From: an uncultured archaeon
GTDB taxonomy: Archaea; Aenigmatarchaeota; Aenigmatarchaeia; CG10238-14
Direction: 5' to 3'
Assembly (NCBI GenBank): GCA_964373165.1
Contig: CAYJTF010000002.1
Coordinates: 17,162-56,703, forward strand
Length of the DNA: 39,542 nt
Positions within the stretch are counted from its first letter, which is position 1; every line of letters starts with the position of its first letter. Made by a program: the position numbers and the translations under genes. The notes beneath the pieces are model-generated. The model ran no database searches and was not told where the DNA came from. It saw only the letters and a list, made by a program, of their open reading frames with translations. Positions 1-8,068 of the stretch are shown piece by piece.

Positions 1-481
1 GTTCTTTCCTGAATTTACATTTTAATTTTTCTAGAGTTTTTGGTAATAAATATGCGACTATAATATCTGCATCGCGTAAATTCACATGAAAAAAGTTCTT
101 TCTTATTATTCGTATATTTTTATTTTTTCCAGATAAAAAAATCATTATTTTTGAGATAATAACTCTTAATCCATCGACTTCGACACCAATGCCTTTCACA
201 TTGTATTTTTTTACAGCTCTGATTAATATTCTTCCATCACCCGATCCTAAATCATATAATTTTTCATTGTTTTTTAATTCAGCTAACTCTAACATTTTGT
301 CGATAGAATTCAAAGAAGATGGTATGAATGGAGCCCCCAAGGAATACGTATAATACATCCAAATAAGTATAATAATTGATAGTAGGTAAATAACAAAAAT
401 TTTAGTGTTGTTAACAGCAAAAAATAAAAAGAATAAATACGAAAAAATGCAAAAAAATCCAAGAATTTTTTCAAATTTCAT
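1..481 (-). CDS. Class I SAM-dependent methyltransferase, membrane-anchored (3' end runs off the window; not in the ORF track)
   Basis: Manual translation from ATG at 481-479 gives MKFEKILGFFCIFSYLFFLFFAVNNTKIFVIYLLSIIILIWMYYTYSLGAPFIPSSLNSIDKMLELAELKNNEKLYDLGSGDGRILIRAVKKYNVKGIGVEVD... It has two N-terminal hydrophobic helices and then SAM motif I (DLGSGDG). The frame is open to position 1. The ATG overlaps the dph5 stop codon (ATGA). Confidence 0.6.
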   Translation of the reverse strand, partial: MKFEKILGFFCIFSYLFFLFFAVNNTKIFVIYLLSIIILIWMYYTYSLGAPFIPSSLNSIDKMLELAELKNNEKLYDLGSGDGRILIRAVKKYNVKGIGVEVDGLRVIISKIMIFLSGKNKNIRIIRKNFFHVNLRDADIIVAYLLPKTLEKLKCKFRKE

Positions 482-1245
482 TCTCTAAGCACTTCCAAAT
501 ATTCCTTTTCTGTGAAATGCAAGTTTCCAGGAATAATTATTACCATTGGCGGCTCTCCTAAATCTTTCTTTGCAATGTTTTTTATTTTATCGTAAAAAAT
601 TGTCGGATTATTACTCCCAACTCTGGCGAAGACAATTACTTCGGAATTTTCTGTTATTAGTCCGTGTTTTTTTTCTTTTTCCATCTCTAAGATAGTTTCA
701 ATTCCCTCTTTTGCATCCATGTATTTATTTTTCTCTGCGTCTATGTCTAAAAGTATCAAGGTATGTAATCCTCTGTCTCTGTTTTCTTTTATTTTTTCGT
801 ATACTGAAAGTGGTAGTTTGTTTCCGAACTTATCTCTAAATGGTATTGTAACTACACTTCCAAATTTGTATAAATGCAAGCCCGTTTCGCCAACGGCAGA
901 AAATATGGATGATCCATGGATGACGTATGTTTTAATTCTTTTTTTCTTACAATCTTGTCTTAGTGAAGTGTGAGTGGTTGCACAGAACGGATCGCCGCCG
1001 ATTAAAAAACCAACCTTTTTTGTTTTTGCAGGTTCTAAAAGAATCTCAGAATTTTCTTCAACATCTTTCCTAGTTAAGATTTTTATCTTTTTCCCAGTCA
1101 TCCTTTCTAAATTTTTGATATTCAAATTCATTTTTTGCGTATAGAATTCAGCGAATAATAAATCACAGTTTTTAGCTGTTTCTAAAGCTTTTATGCTCAT
1201 ATCCTTTTCGTCATATAATCCCAGTCCAATAAAATATAGAGACAT
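478..1245 (-). CDS. dph5: Diphthine synthase (diphthamide biosynthesis methyltransferase)
   Basis: 255 aa. The N-terminus MSLYFIGLGLYDEKDMSIKALE...DLLFAEFYT and GDPFCATTH are typical of tetrapyrrole-methylase-fold diphthine synthase. Confidence 0.9.
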   Translation of the reverse strand: MSLYFIGLGLYDEKDMSIKALETAKNCDLLFAEFYTQKMNLNIKNLERMTGKKIKILTRKDVEENSEILLEPAKTKKVGFLIGGDPFCATTHTSLRQDCKKKRIKTYVIHGSSIFSAVGETGLHLYKFGSVVTIPFRDKFGNKLPLSVYEKIKENRDRGLHTLILLDIDAEKNKYMDAKEGIETILEMEKEKKHGLITENSEVIVFARVGSNNPTIFYDKIKNIAKKDLGEPPMVIIIPGNLHFTEKEYLEVLRE

Positions 1246-1286
1246 AATATTCCTTATTTATAAATTGTAGATATGGATTTAATATC

Positions 1287-2090
1287 ATGGAAATCACTTC
1301 ATACGAGATTATAGGATCGAAAGAGAAGGCCGTGGCTATAATAGAAGTCCCAAGGAATTTAACAAGAAAGGAAAATGAAATAGCAAACGAGATAATGAAG
1401 AGACATAAACATGTTGTTTCAGTACTGAAAAAAACATCTGAAAGAAAAGGTGAATACAGAGTCAGGAATTATAAATTAATAAAGGGACAAAAAAATACTG
1501 AGGTTATACACAAGGAGAACGAATGCAATTTAAAAGTTGATCCAAGAAAAGTCTATTTCTCTCAGAGAGAAGGAACAGAAAGATTAAGAATTGCTGAATA
1601 TACTAAAAAAAACGAAACAATAATGGTGATGTTTTCCGGGATAGGGTCTTTTTCTATTAACATCGCTAAACATCAAAAAAATATAAAGAAAATAATTTCT
1701 GTAGAGCTGAATCCGTCGGCTGTAGATTATATGATTGAAAATATAAAACTTAACAAGTTCCAAGATAAAATAATTCCTGTCTTAGGAGACGTAAAAAAAG
1801 TATGCAAGGAATGGTATAACAAATGCAATAGAGTTGTTATGCCGCTGCCACATGAATCCTGGAAATATATTCAAATCGCTTTGAAATGTTTGAAGTCTAG
1901 CGGCGTCATTCACATTTATTTTTTTGATAGCGAAAAAAAGGTGGAAAGAAATGTTAAGAGAAGAATAGAAAAATTGAAACAAAAAACAAAGAAGAAAATT
2001 ACATATAAAATTAGAAGAGTGCTGACTTATGCTCCAGGTATAAACAAATATTGTGTAGATATGAAATTATCCAACTATTCCTATACCTAA
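1287..2090 (+). CDS. trm5: tRNA (guanine37-N1)-methyltransferase, Trm5/Taw2 (Met-10+) family
   Basis: 267 aa. VDPRKVYFSQREGTERLRIAE, FSGIGSFSI (SAM motif), VELNPSAV and VMPLPH match the Trm5/Met-10+ family layout. Confidence 0.7.
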   Translation: MEITSYEIIGSKEKAVAIIEVPRNLTRKENEIANEIMKRHKHVVSVLKKTSERKGEYRVRNYKLIKGQKNTEVIHKENECNLKVDPRKVYFSQREGTERLRIAEYTKKNETIMVMFSGIGSFSINIAKHQKNIKKIISVELNPSAVDYMIENIKLNKFQDKIIPVLGDVKKVCKEWYNKCNRVVMPLPHESWKYIQIALKCLKSSGVIHIYFFDSEKKVERNVKRRIEKLKQKTKKKITYKIRRVLTYAPGINKYCVDMKLSNYSYT

Positions 2091-2588
2091 ATATCTGATG
2101 ATCCAGTTAATAGAGTAGTATCCAGCAAAAGCTATGGCAGTCATTTTTATGAATTTGCCGGTCGACATGGCAACAAAATATTTTCTAAAATCATATTTTA
2201 TCATACCGCAAAATAATCCCACAATATCAATCGGAAATGGGCCTGCTGATAAAATTAAAATCCATATAAAAAATTTTTTCTTTTCAAAAAATTTTCTAAT
2301 TTTGTTTAGTTCTTTTTCGTATTTCTTTTCAATTATTTCTTTTCCACCCAGACCCACGAAATAGCTGACAGTATCACCTATAGATGCAGCAGTGCCTGCA
2401 GTCAATGCCACTAGACCAGGATCAAGTATGGAAGCAGCAGTTATTATAATCGCATTTGTTGGTAGCGGAAAGAAAAATAAACTAGCACTGGATATTAGGA
2501 CCAAGATGAATAGTCCAATATATCCCCACTCATTAACTAGCAAAAACCCGTATTGGAATGCAGTATTAAGGAGTTCTACAAAAGTCAT
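2067..2588 (-). CDS. DedA/VTT (YqaA-like) family membrane protein
   Basis: 173 aa, polytopic. GYIGLFILVLISSASLFFFPLPTNAII and GDTVSYFVGLGG resemble the VTT-domain signature. Confidence 0.55.
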   Translation of the reverse strand: MTFVELLNTAFQYGFLLVNEWGYIGLFILVLISSASLFFFPLPTNAIIITAASILDPGLVALTAGTAASIGDTVSYFVGLGGKEIIEKKYEKELNKIRKFFEKKKFFIWILILSAGPFPIDIVGLFCGMIKYDFRKYFVAMSTGKFIKMTAIAFAGYYSINWIIRYLGIGIVG

Positions 2589-2636
2589 ATAATCATCATA
2601 GATATTAAGAATAATTAATTTCTTTAATCAAATGGT

Positions 2637-3206
2637 TTACAAAACAAAAAGGACAATTGTTGTTATAGACATTAAGAAAAACCAGATCGAAAAACTCCAT
2701 AAAAATATTCTGCTTCCATCCAAGGGCGGTATAGGTAATAGATTGAAAAATGCGAGTAGTGCACTGATCTGACTTAACATTGAGAAAAATTCACCAGGGA
2801 TTAGCAAAAACACATATGCAAGAATTATGTTTATTCCCACACCTGCTAGAGAAATTATGCCCAAATCATGTGGAGTTAATCTAATTACCTTTATTCCCCA
2901 TCTCCCAAATTTATATGGTGCTATTTCTATATGTCCTGGAGTAAAGATTCCGAAGCCGCCTATATATTTTAGGGCAATGCTAAATAAAGACAGCATGATA
3001 CCCGGCGGCCATAACTTGAACGTAGCAGTACAACCAAGTCTAGTAGCCATGATTTTGTGACCTATCTCACATAAAAGAAACGATATTGAGACAATTATGA
3101 AAGAAACGAAAAACAGTGATTCTATATCAGGAAAAGAAAATACCAGAGTTAAGGCTAAAATAGATATTATCATATCCCTGATTTCTTCCATTGTGAATAA
3201 CTTCAT
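2637..3206 (-). CDS. Site-2 protease (peptidase M50) family membrane protein with variant CExxH motif
   Basis: 189 aa, polytopic. It has the C-terminal NLLPIPPLDGSRIF (NxxPxxxLDG) motif. CEIGH sits where M50 proteases have HExxH. Confidence 0.65.
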   Translation of the reverse strand: MKLFTMEEIRDMIISILALTLVFSFPDIESLFFVSFIIVSISFLLCEIGHKIMATRLGCTATFKLWPPGIMLSLFSIALKYIGGFGIFTPGHIEIAPYKFGRWGIKVIRLTPHDLGIISLAGVGINIILAYVFLLIPGEFFSMLSQISALLAFFNLLPIPPLDGSRIFLWSFSIWFFLMSITTIVLFVL

Positions 3207-3284
3207 GTTTATTTTTTAGTATTTTAGATTAAATTGTTTTTGATAACACTTTTCTATTAGCAAATCAAATAAGTTTTCGGTAAT

Positions 3285-4100
3285 ATGACAGATCCGATCA
3301 AGGTTGGGTTGGCTTTGAGTGGCGGCGGAGTAAGAGGTATGGCTCATATAGGCGTCATTAAAGTTTTAGAGAAAAATGAAGTACCCATTGATTATATTTC
3401 TGGGGCGAGTGCAGGATCATTAATTGGTGGGATATATGCTAGCGGAACTCCAATAGACGCAATTGAAAATGTAGTAACAAAAATGAGAACGAGAGATATT
3501 GCTAGATTGATAGATCCGGCCAGACTTAACGTGGGATTTGTTAAGGGCGATAAATTAATGGCGTTTGTTTCAAAGATATTGACAGAGAGAAATATCGAAA
3601 ACTTCAAAATCCCGTTTGCTGCTGTAGCAACTGATATACTTACAGGTAACGAGATAATTTTTGATAAAGGCGATTCTATTACGGCAATAAGGTCGAGCAT
3701 ATCTTTTCCTGGTGTTTTTACTCCTGTTAAATATAGAGAAACATTTTTGGTTGATGGTGGTGTAGTAAATCCGCTGCCAGTTGATATAGTCAGAGACATG
3801 GGTGCAGATGTTATAATAGGTGTTAATGTTTTAGGTCAACCTGAAGCGAAAATAGATGAAAAGAAGCAAACCATAGTAACGAAAAATGTTATTTCAAACA
3901 CGATTAGGATATTGGAAAAACAGGTGGTTGATTTAAAATTTGAAAGAATAAAAGACAAGAGTGTAATAATTCTAAGACCAAACATTAATGATATTAGCAC
4001 ATTTTCTATATCCACGAAGTCTCTAATTCGTGCGATAAGAGAGGGTGAAAATGCAGCGAATGAAAAAATGGACCAAATACTGAAAGTCATAGGAAAATAA
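3285..4100 (+). CDS. Patatin-like phospholipase
   Basis: GLALSGGGVRGMAHIG (oxyanion GGxR), GASAG (GxSxG nucleophile) and LVDGGVVNPLP (DGG/A). Confidence 0.85.
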   Translation: MTDPIKVGLALSGGGVRGMAHIGVIKVLEKNEVPIDYISGASAGSLIGGIYASGTPIDAIENVVTKMRTRDIARLIDPARLNVGFVKGDKLMAFVSKILTERNIENFKIPFAAVATDILTGNEIIFDKGDSITAIRSSISFPGVFTPVKYRETFLVDGGVVNPLPVDIVRDMGADVIIGVNVLGQPEAKIDEKKQTIVTKNVISNTIRILEKQVVDLKFERIKDKSVIILRPNINDISTFSISTKSLIRAIREGENAANEKMDQILKVIGK

Positions 4101-4237
4101 GGTTTTTAAAGTTGTGTTTTCAATTTATTTCTAATCGAAGTGGGTTGATGACCGGCGAAAATCTTTGCAATAACTATTGACTTTTATCTAGTTCTTCCTT
4201 TGTTCTATAAAAATGATTTAAGAGGTGAATCGTATGA

Positions 4238-5110
4238 TTGGTGACAGTCTTTGCGAATTCTAACAGTTTAGTGACTAACCATGTAAAATACAAGGGACCT
4301 GTAATAGATATGCAAGTCCACGGGAATTTGGAGAGATTGGGTTATAGCAGTAGACCCAATATCAATGGTCACGGTTCTTTTTATTTAAGAAGTGACATAT
4401 CATCGGATTACCCATCAACAAATTTAGATGTTATGAAATACAGAGCATGTGATAGCAGATTATTAACTATGGTTTACACAAATATGGGTAAACCGGACTA
4501 TGACATAGATTTAGCCGAGAAACTTATAATACAAGGTGCGGTTGGTCTGGGTGAAGTTGAATTTGTTCATGTTCCTTATTCTGATAGAAATGTTTTGGTA
4601 AGAATGTTGAATATGATAGAATATATTCAAAGAAAACAAGGAAGAAGGCTTGTCGTTAATTTTCATTGTGGTTATATATCTCCCGAAGATACGGGAGTAT
4701 TATTTCCAGATTATCCATATGTGGATCAAACTGAAGCTATGCATGATCCAAGAGATTTGGAAGGGTTATTTAGAGGGTTTCAAATAGGATTCGTTTTGAG
4801 TCACGGAGGAAACGGTTATTTGAATGCAGCTTCTTATTACTCAAAAAAATATAGAGGTGAAAGCAAAGATGGAAATGTTATGATAGGCCTTTCTGGGTCA
4901 CCTGATTTGAGAAGAAGAATATTATTTAGATTAAAGGAAGATCCTTTGCTTAGGATGAGAGTTGTTATGGAGTCTGATGGAGATGATGTTATGGGATGGA
5001 TTTTTGCAAATTCGAAAGGTATGTTGGATGTGAAAGATCAGCGTCGATTATTATATGAAAATGCTGCAAGCATGCTAGGTTTATCTACGGAAATAGATAA
5101 AAACTTGTAA
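4238..5110 (+). CDS. Putative TIM-barrel metal-dependent hydrolase (amidohydrolase-2-like), divergent
   Basis: 290 aa. N-terminal VIDMQVHGN resembles the IDxHxH metal motif with Q in place of the first H. GLGEVEF and LSHGGNG are present, and the C-terminal LYENAASMLGL resembles amidohydrolase-2 tails. The only possible starts are TTG 4238 or GTG 4241. Visibly more G+C-rich than the flanks. Confidence 0.35.
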   Translation: MVTVFANSNSLVTNHVKYKGPVIDMQVHGNLERLGYSSRPNINGHGSFYLRSDISSDYPSTNLDVMKYRACDSRLLTMVYTNMGKPDYDIDLAEKLIIQGAVGLGEVEFVHVPYSDRNVLVRMLNMIEYIQRKQGRRLVVNFHCGYISPEDTGVLFPDYPYVDQTEAMHDPRDLEGLFRGFQIGFVLSHGGNGYLNAASYYSKKYRGESKDGNVMIGLSGSPDLRRRILFRLKEDPLLRMRVVMESDGDDVMGWIFANSKGMLDVKDQRRLLYENAASMLGLSTEIDKNL

Positions 5111-5149
5111 TATGGTGAATAAATATGGTGTTATGCGGAGTTGGCAGAA

Positions 5150-5164
5150 ACTTAAAAAGCTGAA
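5150..5164 (+). other. Candidate second (non-canonical, D-loop) intron of tRNA-Cys, about 15 nt
   Basis: The D loop would be 23 nt, against a usual 8-11. CAG(5145-5147)/CUG(5160-5162) is flanked by AAA bulges (5148-5150 and 5163-5165), with an inner CUU-AAA-AAG hairpin. This is a relaxed BHB-like arrangement. The GAAAC direct repeat makes the junction ambiguous. Confidence 0.4.
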
Positions 5165-5186
5165 ACGGCTATGCCGCCGCCTGCAG

Positions 5187-5213
5187 TATACTATAATGAT
5201 TTAATATGCAGAC
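5187..5213 (+). other. tRNA-Cys intron at canonical position 37/38 (27 nt) with hBHBh' motif
   Basis: Central helix CUGC(5181-5184)/GCAG(5208-5211). 5' bulge A-G-U (5185-5187). 3' bulge A-C-A (5212-5214). Outer helix AUA/UAU. The anticodon stem closes the motif. Confidence 0.75.
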
Positions 5214-5270
5214 AGCGGCTTAAAGGGGTTCAACTCCCCTACTCCGCTTATAATTTGATGATGTGAAAAA

Positions 5271-6671
5271 ATGGAAATAAAATTGTTCAATACTATGGGA
5301 AGAAAAAAAGAAAAATTTGTACCGATAAAAAAAGGAGAAGTAAAGTTGTATTCTTGCGGACCAACAGTCTATGATTTCCCTCATATTGGAAACTTACGGG
5401 CATACGTTTTTGTTGATTTGTTGAAGCGAGTGTTGGAATACAACAAATTGAGAGTTAAACACGTGATGAATATTACGGATGTTGGACATCTGACATCTGA
5501 TGCAGATACAGGCGAAGACAAGATGGAGAAGGGTGCTAGGAGAGAAGGCAAAACTGTGTGGGAAATTGCAGAATTTTATACAAAAGATTTTTTTGATGCA
5601 ATGAGCAAGCTAAACATCGAAAAACCCAAAATAATATGCAAAGCTACCGATCATATAAAAGAGATGATCGATATGATAAAACAAATTGAGAAAAACGGGT
5701 ATGCATACAAAACACCGGATGGGATCTATTTTGATACGTTTAAATTAAAAGATTATGGAAAATTGGCTGGATTGGATATAAAAGGATTAAAAGAAGGTGC
5801 AAGAGTCGAACCAAATCCTGAAAAAAGAAATCCAACAGATTTCGCTTTATGGAAAATTTCGCCAAAAGATCAGAAAAGACAAATGGAGTGGAATTCTCCA
5901 TGGAATATAGGCTTTCCAGGCTGGCATATAGAATGTAGTGCGATGAGTATAAAATATCTGGGTGAAAAATTTGATATCCACACTGGAGGTGTTGATCACA
6001 TACCGGTTCATCATACTAACGAAATCGCTCAATCACAAGGTGCATTAAAGAAAGATGTTGTTAATTATTGGTTGCATAATGAGCATGTACTAGTTGACAA
6101 CAAAAAAATGAGTAAATCACTGCAGAATTTCTATACGTTACATGACATAGAAAACAAAAATTTCAATCCACTAACCTTTAGATATTTACTACTTACGTCT
6201 CATTACCGCTCTAAATTTAATTTTACTTGGGAATCTCTTGAAGCAGCTCAAAAAAGCTTGGATACACTAAGAGAGCACATGATTTTGCTAAAAAGTACAG
6301 ATAATAAAAAAACAGATAAAAAGAGAATATTAGAATACAAAAAAAAATTCCTAGAATTTATAAACGATGACTTAAACATTCCTTATGCAGTATCTTTAAC
6401 ATGGAAATTAATACGAGAGGAAAACAAGATCAACAACAGCGACAAACGCAAACTAATAATAAATTTTGATAAAATTTTTGGTTTGAAATTAAAAGATGTT
6501 AAAGATCTAAAATCTAAAATACCGAAAGAAGCAGAAAAATTAATAAATGAGAGAGAAGAAGCTAGAAAAAAAAAGGATTGGAAAAAGGCTGATGAAATAA
6601 GGGGAAAATTGAAAGAGATGAATATATTGATAGAAGATACAAAATCTGGTGTTAAATGGAGATTAATTTAA
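5271..6671 (+). CDS. cysS: Cysteine--tRNA ligase
   Basis: 466 aa. HIGN (PHIGNLRAY) and KMSKS (KKMSKSL) class I motifs. CGPTVYD and WHIECS are typical of CysRS. Confidence 0.95.
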   Translation: MEIKLFNTMGRKKEKFVPIKKGEVKLYSCGPTVYDFPHIGNLRAYVFVDLLKRVLEYNKLRVKHVMNITDVGHLTSDADTGEDKMEKGARREGKTVWEIAEFYTKDFFDAMSKLNIEKPKIICKATDHIKEMIDMIKQIEKNGYAYKTPDGIYFDTFKLKDYGKLAGLDIKGLKEGARVEPNPEKRNPTDFALWKISPKDQKRQMEWNSPWNIGFPGWHIECSAMSIKYLGEKFDIHTGGVDHIPVHHTNEIAQSQGALKKDVVNYWLHNEHVLVDNKKMSKSLQNFYTLHDIENKNFNPLTFRYLLLTSHYRSKFNFTWESLEAAQKSLDTLREHMILLKSTDNKKTDKKRILEYKKKFLEFINDDLNIPYAVSLTWKLIREENKINNSDKRKLIINFDKIFGLKLKDVKDLKSKIPKEAEKLINEREEARKKKDWKKADEIRGKLKEMNILIEDTKSGVKWRLI

Positions 6672-6695
6672 TTGGGTATAATACAAAGTATCTTT

Positions 6696-7310
6696 ATGCC
6701 AAAAAATAGAATATTTTCTAAAATAAAAGAAGTGTGGATTAAAAACAGGGATGGGTCCATAGAAAAATTCAATAAAGAGAAGATAAAAAACACTTTAGTG
6801 AAAGTCGGTACTCCATTAAGAATAGCGTCAGAAATCGCCACTAAAACTTTTTCTTGGTCTAGGAGTAAAAAAGAAGTTGATATTCATGAAATTGAGAGAA
6901 AAGTTTTTGAATTGACGGCAAAAAAGAGCATAGAAGCTGCTTACGCCTTTAAAGATTTTACAACGCAAAAGGTTATTGGTAGAGTTAGGCAGCAATTCAC
7001 AAGAAAAGAAGTTGCCAGGATGATGACGTGTTTATTCGTTATAATTCAGATATACTCCTTCAGAGCTGAATATTTTTCATTGAATAGAGGCTTACTTATA
7101 TTGTTGACAAGCGTAATAACTTCATCCATCGTTCTTTGGCTTTATGTTGGTAGAATTGAAATGTGGAAACATCTGATTACAGGCATTTTGATATCTGTAT
7201 CCCTTTCGGTTATTGGTGCTTTAATACTTGATATAAAATTAGAGGGAATAGTTATAGCAGCTTCAGCTGCTCTCCCAATATCTACAATGGTTAATGTATT
7301 GAAAACATAA
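6696..7310 (+). CDS. ATP-cone domain protein with C-terminal transmembrane region
   Basis: VWIKNRDGSIEKFNKEKIKNTLVKVG...EIERKVFELT matches the ATP-cone pattern. The C-terminal roughly 90 aa form about three hydrophobic helices. I prefer ATG 6696 to the track's TTG 6672. Confidence 0.6.
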   Translation: MPKNRIFSKIKEVWIKNRDGSIEKFNKEKIKNTLVKVGTPLRIASEIATKTFSWSRSKKEVDIHEIERKVFELTAKKSIEAAYAFKDFTTQKVIGRVRQQFTRKEVARMMTCLFVIIQIYSFRAEYFSLNRGLLILLTSVITSSIVLWLYVGRIEMWKHLITGILISVSLSVIGALILDIKLEGIVIAASAALPISTMVNVLKT

Positions 7311-7311
7311 A

Positions 7312-7589
7312 GCATGGAACACGTTCTAAGTGGATATAATATCACAAACAAGTTTATCCGGATTTCTTCCTCCACCTTGAGAACTCGAGAGCACCAGACC
7401 ACATACCTTAATACTGCTCGGTTCCCCGTCTCGTATGGTTCGATATATAACTGGTCCCTGGAGACAAGGCTTCTCAGTCCGAAACCCGGGCCTGCTAATA
7501 ATACCATATCGCCTTTGAACTATGATCCCGCCATAAAGCAGACTTGCAGCAACAGGTGGCTGCTACTCACCCGATCAGAGGTTCCATGC
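7312..7589 (-). ncRNA. Signal recognition particle RNA (7S/SRP RNA), putative
   Basis: A G+C-rich island in AT-rich DNA. The termini pair perfectly over 9 bp (GCAUGGAAC/GUUCCAUGC), like archaeal helix 1. On the minus strand there is a hairpin CGG-GGAA-CCG followed by AGCAG (7414-7430), like the helix 8 GNAR tetraloop plus AGCA motif. Long rod-like pairing is present, e.g. GAUAUGGUAUUAU/GUGAUAUUAUAUC and CCGGGUUU/AAAUCCGG. A branched roughly 65-nt 5' domain is also present. Confidence 0.6.
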
Positions 7590-7669
7590 AAAATTAAATT
7601 AATCTTTGATTTATATATATGTTTTGGCAAAACAGTTAAAATTATTTTTTAAGTAATCTAAATAAATAT

Positions 7670-8068
7670 ATGCGGAAATTCACAACTCTACCAATATTTT
7701 TGGTTATAACACCAAGTGTATTTGCTTTGACATTAGAAAACTTGAATGATTTTACCGTGTCTAATCCAGGATTTACCCAAATGTTCTTACTAGGATCCTT
7801 TTTGTTTAATTTATGTATTTTGATCTATATCATCCATGTAAAAAGAAAAAATCAGCTATTTTCTTCTTCTCCAAGCAATCAGTCATTTGAATACTCTGAT
7901 GAATCTTTGTCTGAGTTAGAACTTTTTGTAAAAACATCTATCTTAAGAGGAATGGAAAAGGATAAAATTAAGAATGAACTTGTTAAAGTAGGATGGGAAG
8001 GAGAGATTATAGACTCTATTATAAAAAAATACTCTAATTGGTCCAAAGAAAATTTTCTACACGCCTAA
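7670..8068 (+). CDS. Hypothetical small membrane protein
   Basis: 132 aa with an N-terminal signal-like helix and a second TM (FLLGSFLFNLCILIYIIHV). No recognisable motif. Confidence 0.4.
   Translation: MRKFTTLPIFLVITPSVFALTLENLNDFTVSNPGFTQMFLLGSFLFNLCILIYIIHVKRKNQLFSSSPSNQSFEYSDESLSELELFVKTSILRGMEKDKIKNELVKVGWEGEIIDSIIKKYSNWSKENFLHA

Larger units (their letters stand above)
5135..5248 (+). tRNA. tRNA-Cys (GCA), intron-containing (one canonical intron plus one candidate D-loop intron)
   Basis: Acceptor stem GCGGAGT/ACTCCGC. T arm AGGGG-TTCAACT-CCCCT. Anticodon stem GCCGC(5176-5180)/GCGGC(5215-5219). Loop CU-GCA-G...A. Discriminator U (5248). No encoded CCA. Confidence 0.85.

Noticed and set aside
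4144-4149. UGAUGA (C-box-like) sequences in intergenic DNA (here, and at 5256 and 25949) as possible C/D-box sRNAs
   Set aside because: No matching D box (CUGA) or terminal stem occurs at the appropriate distance. The downstream sequence is coding or promoter DNA.
7312-7589. Alternative reading of the structured RNA as RNase P RNA
   Set aside because: GAGGAAGAAAUCCGG (minus strand) resembles CR-I and can pair with CCGGGUUU like helix P4. However, the two elements occur in the wrong 5'-to-3' order for RNase P on either strand. The GGAA-tetraloop/AGCAG hairpin and the rod-like end-to-end pairing fit SRP RNA better. Only a covariance-model search can settle this.
7142-7652. Track ORFs 7142-7507 (-, 121 aa) and 7314-7652 (+, 112 aa)
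   Set aside because: Both lie across the G+C-rich structured-RNA island. Their open frames are explained by the low stop-codon density of G+C-rich sequence. Their composition is unlike the local proteome, and one also overlaps the 3' end of the ATP-cone gene.
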